Positions 58,331 through 64,000 of a stretch of DNA of 64,000 nucleotides are shown here, in pieces. The stretch lies in assembly GCA_036271655.1 (NCBI GenBank), contig DATBAE010000027.1:23411-87410 (forward strand). The letters are read 5' to 3'. How positions within the stretch are numbered: the stretch's first letter is position 1; the number at the start of each line of letters is the position of its first letter. Made by a program: the position numbers and the translations under genes. Source of the DNA: Solirubrobacteraceae bacterium. GTDB lineage: Bacteria; Actinomycetota; Thermoleophilia; Solirubrobacterales; Solirubrobacteraceae. A model generated the notes under the pieces. That model did not search any database. It saw only the letters and a program-made list of their open reading frames with translations, and was not told the origin of the DNA.

Positions 58331-59599
58331 GTGAGCGGACTGGCGCCACGGACGCGGCTCGCAGTCGCCGCCGTGATCGCGCTGATCGTCGTCGCCGGGG
58401 GCGTCTACCTGCTGTTCCTGCGCGGCAGCGATGCCAAGCCCGTCACCGAGGCCGGATCCCGCTTCGGAGACGACAGCGGAAGCCGAAGCGGCGGCACCCT
58501 GCTCGACGCCCTCGCGCCGGTGCTCGACGCCGCGAACGCGTCCGAGCGCACCGGCTCGGATCCCGCGCCGCCGAGCCAGGACGAGATCCGCCGCTCGCCC
58601 GACGACGCCGTCGCGGGGCTCTTCATGGTCGGGTTCGCGGGGACGCTGCGCGACACGCCGTTCCTCGGTCGCCTCGCCACGAGCCCCTACGGCGCGGTCC
58701 TGCTCTCGAGCGGCAACTACGAGCAGCCGCAGCAGCTCTCGGGCCTGATCTCAAAGATCCAGGAGGTCGCGCGCTCGGCGGGTCACCCCGCGCCGCTCGT
58801 CGCCGTCCAGCAGGAGGGCGGCGACTTCAACGCCTTCGCCAACCTCGCGCCCGCCGGACAGGTCGATGTCGGCGCGGGCAGCAGCGCGCAGATCGCAGCC
58901 AGCGCAACCGCCGCAGCCGCACAGCTGCGCGCGCTCGGCGTGAGCGTCAACCTCGCACCGAACGCCGACATCGCCGTCGCCGGAGGCCCCGGCCAGGGGC
59001 GCGCGTTCTCCGACTCCGTCGCGACCGTGACGAGCGCCGTGAAGACGACGGTCGCCGCGTACGACAAGGCCGGCGTCGCCGCCGTCGTCGGCCCGTTTCC
59101 CGGCGACGGCGCGGCTCCGCACGACCCGAGCACCGGCCCGGCGCCCGTCGGGCTCTCGATCAAGGACTTGCGCAGCAGCCAGATGCCGCCCTTCGCGGCG
59201 GTCGCGAAGGGAGCGGTAGCCGCCCCCGCCGTCCAGATGTCGAATGCGATCTACGGCGCCTATGACGGCGTGACGCCGGCCACGCTGCTGCCCGACGCGA
59301 TCAAGGAGCTGCGCGGACGCCTCGGCTTCGGCGGCACGATCGTGTCGGCCGACCTTGCCGCGACGACGGCGACGGCCGGCGGCACCGTCGGCGCTGCGGC
59401 GATCAGGGCGCTCAGCGCGGGCGTCGACATGCTCGTCGTCTCCGGCGGCCACGTCCAGCAGGACGAGGCCTATCGAGCGGTCGTCGCCGCGGTGCGCGCC
59501 GGCACGGTCTCCGCAGGACGGGTCGCCGACGCCCTCGGCCACATCGCGAAGCTGCGCGCGTTCACGCGCGACGCCCGCGAGCCGGCCCAGATCCGCTGA
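58331..59599 (+). CDS. membrane-anchored glycoside hydrolase family 3 N-terminal-domain protein (NagZ-like)
   Basis: N-terminal TM helix. [36 protein letters not shown] and [12 protein letters not shown] parallel the GH3 motifs (DqEGG, faPv.Dv, KHFPGhG..D.H). Confidence 0.75.
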   Translation: MSGLAPRTRLAVAAVIALIVVAGGVYLLFLRGSDAKPVTEAGSRFGDDSGSRSGGTLLDALAPVLDAANASERTGSDPAPPSQDEIRRSPDDAVAGLFMVGFAGTLRDTPFLGRLATSPYGAVLLSSGNYEQPQQLSGLISKIQEVARSAGHPAPLVAVQQEGGDFNAFANLAPAGQVDVGAGSSAQIAASATAAAAQLRALGVSVNLAPNADIAVAGGPGQGRAFSDSVATVTSAVKTTVAAYDKAGVAAVVGPFPGDGAAPHDPSTGPAPVGLSIKDLRSSQMPPFAAVAKGAVAAPAVQMSNAIYGAYDGVTPATLLPDAIKELRGRLGFGGTIVSADLAATTATAGGTVGAAAIRALSAGVDMLVVSGGHVQQDEAYRAVVAAVRAGTVSAGRVADALGHIAKLRAFTRDAREPAQIR

Positions 59600-59606
59600 G
59601 CGCCGT

Positions 59607-60212
59607 CTACAGCCGGCGCCGGCCCGCGAACGCCTTGCCGAGCGTGACCTCGTCGGCGTACTCGAGGTCGCCGCCGACCGGCAGGCCGCTCGCCAGCCGC
59701 GTGACGACGACGTCCGGCGCTCGCTTGCGCAGCGTGTCGGCGATGTGCAGTGCCGTCGCCTCGCCGGTCGTCGTCGAGTTCGTCGCAAGGACGACCTCAC
59801 GGATCGGGACGCCCGGATCGAGCACCCGCCGGTAGAGCTCGGCGATCTTCAGGTCCTCGGGGTCGACGCCGTCGATCGGTGACAGCGCGCCTCCCAGCAC
59901 GTGGTAGCGACCGCGAAACTCGTGGGTGCGTTCGACCGGGACGACGTCACCGGCCTCCTCGACGACGCAGATCAGTCCGGCGTCGCGGCGCTCGTCGGCG
60001 CAGATCCGGCAGCGCGGCCCGTCGGCGAAGTTGAAGCAGACCTCGCAGAGCACGATCCGCTCCTTGACCTCGCGGATCGCCTCCGCCAGGCCCGCGGCAT
60101 CCTCCGGCGATGCGCGCAGGATGTGCAGCGCAAGCCGCTGCGCGGTGCGCGCGCCGACCCCCGGCAGCTTGCCGAGCTCGGTGATGAGGCGCTGGATCGG
60201 TGGCGCGTACAA
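59607..60212 (-). CDS. recR: recombination protein RecR
   Basis: LPGVGARTAQRLALH, zinc finger CEVCFNFADGPRCRIC, and a Toprim domain. Confidence 0.96.
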   Translation of the reverse strand: MYAPPIQRLITELGKLPGVGARTAQRLALHILRASPEDAAGLAEAIREVKERIVLCEVCFNFADGPRCRICADERRDAGLICVVEEAGDVVPVERTHEFRGRYHVLGGALSPIDGVDPEDLKIAELYRRVLDPGVPIREVVLATNSTTTGEATALHIADTLRKRAPDVVVTRLASGLPVGGDLEYADEVTLGKAFAGRRRL

Positions 60213-60234
60213 GCGCGGGCCTACCGGTCCACGG

Positions 60235-60573
60235 CTACAAGCCCATGCCGGGCGGCAGCCCGAGGCCGCCGAGATCGAGCCCGCCGGTGAGACCGCCCAT
60301 CCGCGTGGCCGCGAGCTCCTGCGCCTGGCGGATCGCCTCGTTGACGGCCGCGAGCACCATGTCCTGCAGCAGTTCCGCGTCCTCCGGATCGATGGCGTCG
60401 GGAGCGATGACGATGTCCTTGACCGTCAGATCGCCGGTGATCGTGACCGTGACCATGCCACCGCCGGCCGATGCCTCGATCGTCTCGGTCGCCAGCGCCT
60501 CCTGCGCCTTCATCATGTCCGCCTGCATCTTCTGGACCTGCTTGAGCATCTGGTTCATGTTCGGCTGCGGCAT
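60235..60573 (-). CDS. ybaB: YbaB/EbfC-family nucleoid-associated protein
   Basis: NMNQMLKQVQKMQADMMKAQEAL....EASAGGGMVTVTITG. ATG at 60573. Confidence 0.93.
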   Translation of the reverse strand: MPQPNMNQMLKQVQKMQADMMKAQEALATETIEASAGGGMVTVTITGDLTVKDIVIAPDAIDPEDAELLQDMVLAAVNEAIRQAQELAATRMGGLTGGLDLGGLGLPPGMGL

Positions 60574-62372
60574 CAGCTGGCCTCGCTCTCGGGATGGATC
60601 TCCTCGGCATCGAACTCTGCCACGAAGCGCTCGACCCACTCGCTGTCGGTCGGCGGAGCGGCGGGCTCCGCTGCGGCCGGGTGCTCCTCGGCGAGCACGT
60701 AGTCGATCTGCGGCCGCTCGCCGGTGACCACACGGATCGCCTCGGCGACGCAGGCGCGGTACTCGTCATCCTCGGCCTTGCGCAGGTTGTAGGCGCCGTC
60801 GGGTGCGAACGCGACCGTGACCCTCGTGCCGTCGACGGCGATCGGTCGCGCATCGGCGAGCAGGGCGGCGCAGAGGGCGTTGCCGCCGGCCCGGATCCCG
60901 TCCAGCACGGCGGGCCAGACAGCCCGCAGGCTGCGCAGCTCGAGCGCGATGTCGGCAACGGCGACCGCGGCGGCCGGCTGGACCGCATCGGGTTCGGCGG
61001 CCGGCGGCGATGGTTGGTCCGGCACTACGGGGACCGCTGGCCCCGTCGGCGGGGGCACGCTCGCCGCGGGCGCTGCGGTCGACGGGGCAGGAGCTGGCGG
61101 CGGTGCAGCGGCCCCGGCCGGGCGCTCCGCACGTGAAGCCGGCGGCTCGGCACGTGAAGCCGGCGGCTCGGCACGTGGAGCGGACTGTGCGACGCCTCGC
61201 AGCGCATGCTCAAGGCGCTCGACGCGCTGCAGGAGCGCCTGCGTCGATGGATCGATCGCCGGCGCGGCGGCCTTGACGAGCGCAAGCTCGAGCTGGGTGC
61301 GAGCGTCCGAGCCGTTCTTCGTCGCGTCGAGCGCGGCGGCAAGCAGGTCCAGCAGGCGCGCGACGCTGCCAGCTCCGACGGCGGCCGCCTGCGCCTCGAG
61401 CCGTGCGTCGCGATCGGGCGTGATCTGCAGCTCCTCGGGCACCAGTCCGAGCATCTGGACGATCATCAGCTCACGGGCATGCGCTTCGAGGTCGCGCACG
61501 AAGCCGAGGGCGTCGTGGCCGGACTGCGTCAGCCGCGCCGCAGCCAGCAGCGCGGCTCGCGCGTCGCCGGCGGCGATCGCGTCGAGCGCGTCGAACAGCA
61601 GCTCGGCATCGGCGACGCCGAGCACCGCGAGCACGTCCTCGGTCGCGATCCGCACGGAAGCCGAGCTGCCGTCGGGATCGGTCCCGGCGTACGTCACGAG
61701 CTGCTCGAGCGTGCCGAGCGCATCGCGGAAGGAGCCGGTCGCGTGGCGCGCGAGCAGGACGATGGCGTCGGGCGCGATCGCGATCTGCTCGGACTGGGCG
61801 ACGCGCGTGACGACGGCCGCGAGCTGCTGCACCGTGGGACGCGCGAAGTCGAAGCGATGGCAGCGGTCGACGACGGTCGGCAGCACCTTCGATGCCTCCG
61901 TCGTCGCAAGCACGAAGACCGTGTTCGGCGGCGGCTCCTCGAGCGTCTTGAGGAACGCGTTCCACGCCTGCGTCGACAGCATGTGCGCCTCGTCGAGGAT
62001 GTAGACCTTGTGGCGCCCGGCGACCGGCGCGTAGACGACGCTCCCGCGCAGGTCGCGGATGTCGTCGACGGAGTTATTGGACGCCGCGTCCATCTCGATG
62101 ACGTCGAGCGAGTTCGCCGCCGCGATCGAGACGCACGACTCGCAGCGCCCGCACGGCTCGATCGTCGGCCCGCGCTCGCAATTCAGGCAGGCCGCCAGGA
62201 TCTTTGCCATCGAGGTCTTGCCGGTGCCGCGCGAGCCGACGAAGAGGTACGCGTGATGGACCTTGTCCTGCGTGACGGCGTTGCGCAGCGTGCGCACGAC
62301 GTGGTCCTGCCCGACGACGTCGGAGAACGTCCGCGGGCGATGCCGGCGGTAAAGCGACGGGACGTCGGGCAC
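60573..62372 (-). CDS. dnaX: DNA polymerase III subunit gamma/tau
   Basis: LYRRHRPRTFSDVVGQDHV, GSRGTGKTSMAKILA, a zinc module CERGPTIEPCGRCESC, and DEAHML. I chose the GTG at 62372; the ORF is open to 62540. Confidence 0.95.
   Translation of the reverse strand: MPDVPSLYRRHRPRTFSDVVGQDHVVRTLRNAVTQDKVHHAYLFVGSRGTGKTSMAKILAACLNCERGPTIEPCGRCESCVSIAAANSLDVIEMDAASNNSVDDIRDLRGSVVYAPVAGRHKVYILDEAHMLSTQAWNAFLKTLEEPPPNTVFVLATTEASKVLPTVVDRCHRFDFARPTVQQLAAVVTRVAQSEQIAIAPDAIVLLARHATGSFRDALGTLEQLVTYAGTDPDGSSASVRIATEDVLAVLGVADAELLFDALDAIAAGDARAALLAAARLTQSGHDALGFVRDLEAHARELMIVQMLGLVPEELQITPDRDARLEAQAAAVGAGSVARLLDLLAAALDATKNGSDARTQLELALVKAAAPAIDPSTQALLQRVERLEHALRGVAQSAPRAEPPASRAEPPASRAERPAGAAAPPPAPAPSTAAPAASVPPPTGPAVPVVPDQPSPPAAEPDAVQPAAAVAVADIALELRSLRAVWPAVLDGIRAGGNALCAALLADARPIAVDGTRVTVAFAPDGAYNLRKAEDDEYRACVAEAIRVVTGERPQIDYVLAEEHPAAAEPAAPPTDSEWVERFVAEFDAEEIHPESEAS
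61129..61183 (-). repeat. in-frame 21-nt tandem repeat (2.6 copies) in the Pro/Ala-rich tau linker
   Basis: GCACGTGAAGCCGGCGGCTCG occurs twice, plus a partial copy. On the coding strand it encodes PASRAEP PASRAEP PASRAER. Confidence 0.85.
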
Positions 62373-62460
62373 GACTCGCGAGGATAGCTTCGGGGGGCGG
62401 GCGGCGAGCGCGAGCGCCAAGCGGGCCGACGCGAACGTTTCGGCTGTACCGTCTGGCCCG

Positions 62461-63918
62461 ATGGCTCGGATCCGCTTCGTGGCCGGGGTGCTCCTGGGCG
62501 CCGCCGCGCTCCGGCTGCTGGCCGGCCCTGGGCTGGTCAACTACGACACCCTCTACGCGCTCGTATGGGGTCGTCAGATCGCCCACGGCGGGGCGCCGGA
62601 CCTCAACGTGGCGATCGCGCCGACGCCGCATCCGCTCGCCAACCTCGGCGCGATCGTGCTCTCGCCGCTGAGCTCGGCAAGCGCCGGCGGCCTGCACGGA
62701 ACACCGGCCACAGCGGTCGTGATCGTGCTCGCCTACATCTCCCTGGCGCTGCTCGGCTGGGTCGTCTTCGCGCTCGGGCGCGAATGGTTCAACGCAGCCG
62801 CGGGCGTGCTCGCGGCAGCGATCGTCCTGACCCGCGTTCCGGTGCTCGACTTCGGCGCTCGCGCCTATGTCGACATCCCGTTCCTCGTACTGCTGCTCGG
62901 CGCGCTGCTCGTCGAGACGCGCTCACCGCGCGCGGGCGGCCCGGTCCTCTGGCTGCTTGCGCTCGCCGGCCTCCTGCGCCCGGAGGCGTGGCTGTTCAGC
63001 GCCGTCTACCTGTGCTGGCTGCTGGGACCGGGCCTGTGCTCGTCCGCGCGGCACGCCGGGCCGCGGCGCCGCGACGCGTGGCGCGATGCCGCTCCGCTGA
63101 TCGCGCTTGCGGCGAGCGCCCCGCTGCTCTGGGCGCTGCACGACGTGCTCCTCACGGGCAACCCGCTGCACTCGCTCACCGGGACCCGCGACAACGCGGT
63201 CACGCTCGGCCGCGTGACCGGCATCCAGCATGTGCCGGCGACGTTGCCGCGCCGGCTCGGCGAGATCCTCCGCGAGCCCGTCCTGTTCGCCGCCGCCGGC
63301 GGCGGCGTGCTGGCGCTGCTCTGGCATCGCGACCGGCGTGTGCGCCTAGGCGCAACGGCGAGCATGCTGGCGCTCGGCGCGTTCTGCGTCCTCGCCACAG
63401 CCGGGCTGCCGATCATCACGCGCTACGTGATGCTGATGGCCGTCCTGCTGGCGATCTTCGCCGGCGCCGCCGTCTTCGGCTGGCTGGACCTGCGGCCGGG
63501 ACGCCACCGGACCTGGTGGGCGCGCTTCGCGCTTGTCGCAGCCATCGGCCTGCTCGTGTTCATCCCCAACCAGGCGCACCGGATCAGGAGCCTCGACCAT
63601 GCGCTCGCGACGCAGACGGCGATCCAGGACAGGCTCGGAGATCTCGTCTCAGGGGCGCCGCTCATGCGTCCCGTGGCGGTGCCCAACCGCCGCCCGATCC
63701 CGCTGCTCGCCCTCTGGCTGAAGCTTGCGCCCGGCGCGATCAAGGATGCCCAGTCCGGGCTGCCGCCGCACGGCAGCTACCTCGCGCCCGCGACCGCAAG
63801 GGTCGCACGCGACTACATCCTCGACCCGCGCGACCTCGACAAGCGGATCGCAGGCCCCGCCGCGAACGACACCCTGCACGCCGCAAACGCGACGTGGCGG
63901 TTGTACGAACGCCCATAA
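62461..63918 (+). CDS. polytopic integral membrane protein, possibly a GT-C-type (ArnT/PMT-like) glycosyltransferase
   Basis: At least 9 hydrophobic helices followed by a soluble C-terminal domain of about 100 aa. The functional call rests on architecture only. Confidence 0.6.
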   Translation: MARIRFVAGVLLGAAALRLLAGPGLVNYDTLYALVWGRQIAHGGAPDLNVAIAPTPHPLANLGAIVLSPLSSASAGGLHGTPATAVVIVLAYISLALLGWVVFALGREWFNAAAGVLAAAIVLTRVPVLDFGARAYVDIPFLVLLLGALLVETRSPRAGGPVLWLLALAGLLRPEAWLFSAVYLCWLLGPGLCSSARHAGPRRRDAWRDAAPLIALAASAPLLWALHDVLLTGNPLHSLTGTRDNAVTLGRVTGIQHVPATLPRRLGEILREPVLFAAAGGGVLALLWHRDRRVRLGATASMLALGAFCVLATAGLPIITRYVMLMAVLLAIFAGAAVFGWLDLRPGRHRTWWARFALVAAIGLLVFIPNQAHRIRSLDHALATQTAIQDRLGDLVSGAPLMRPVAVPNRRPIPLLALWLKLAPGAIKDAQSGLPPHGSYLAPATARVARDYILDPRDLDKRIAGPAANDTLHAANATWRLYERP

Positions 63919-63929
63919 TCGGATCGGCA

Positions 63930-64000
63930 GTGTCCTCCCCCCGCGCCATCGCCGCCCTGCTCGGCGCCCTCCTGTCGACCCTGCTGGGCGTTTCGCCCGC
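63930..64000 (+). CDS. 5' end of a CDS with a signal-peptide-like N-terminus (partial, runs off window)
   Basis: GTG 63930 gives VSSPRAIAALLGALLSTLLGVSP. The frame is open to the end of the window and the Shine-Dalgarno is weak. Confidence 0.3.
   Translation, partial: MSSPRAIAALLGALLSTLLGVSP

Noticed and set aside
60573-62372. Programmed frameshift or transcriptional slippage site in dnaX
   Set aside because: I saw no A-rich heptamer or homopolymeric run in the relevant region, only GC-rich sequence. Nothing supports a gamma-producing recoding signal.
62373-62460. Possible SRP RNA (ffs) upstream of dnaX
   Set aside because: The region is only 88 nt and serves as a divergent promoter region. 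It contains none of the conserved SRP domain IV motifs that I can recognise by eye.

Overview
High-GC (roughly 70% by eye) bacterial chromosomal segment. It is densely coding: about 70 CDS, 2 tRNAs and 1 decayed pseudogene. I saw no rRNA, CRISPR array, transposase, integrase or phage genes. All calls come from reading the supplied ORF translations and the raw sequence by eye; no searches were run.

Gene content and order look like a core-genome region of a deep-branching actinobacterium. My guess of a Thermoleophilia/Rubrobacteria-like organism is inference only. From about 9 kb to 34 kb the minus strand carries a conserved housekeeping block: rsmI, GST, nitroreductase, M23 peptidase, metG, tatD, rsmA/ksgA, ispE, a PucR regulator, MTAP, tRNA-Gln, glmU, prs, then an insertion, then rplY, pth, mfd, a PpiC-type PPIase, mazG, eno and ftsB.

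The rest of the window contains:
- an ECF sigma factor fused to an anti-sigma module
- a csrA homologue
- glyQS
- lon with hsp20
- mdh with two different isocitrate dehydrogenases
- an M50/CBS protease
- a succinate dehydrogenase with an HdrB-like (CCG) subunit instead of a membrane anchor
- asd and ask
- recR, ybaB and dnaX

I cannot defend any single clear-cut novel system. The best candidates for follow-up are:
1. a five-gene operon joined by 4-nt start/stop overlaps (3095-5511), made of a zinc-ribbon rhomboid-like protein with no catalytic residues, two small soluble proteins, a single-pass membrane protein and CsaA
2. a roughly 4.2 kb insertion of a GH2 enzyme and hypothetical genes between prs and rplY (17341-21551)
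3. an R2-like di-iron protein fused to SCP2, abutting glyQS (37339-38610)
4. the anchor-less SdhAB plus CCG-protein cluster (50843-54729)
5. a small 4-Cys protein heading an hsp20-lon operon (39837-43042)
6. a solitary csrA (7687-7908)

Many long ORFs in the track are mirror-frame or alternative-frame artefacts of high GC and were discarded.
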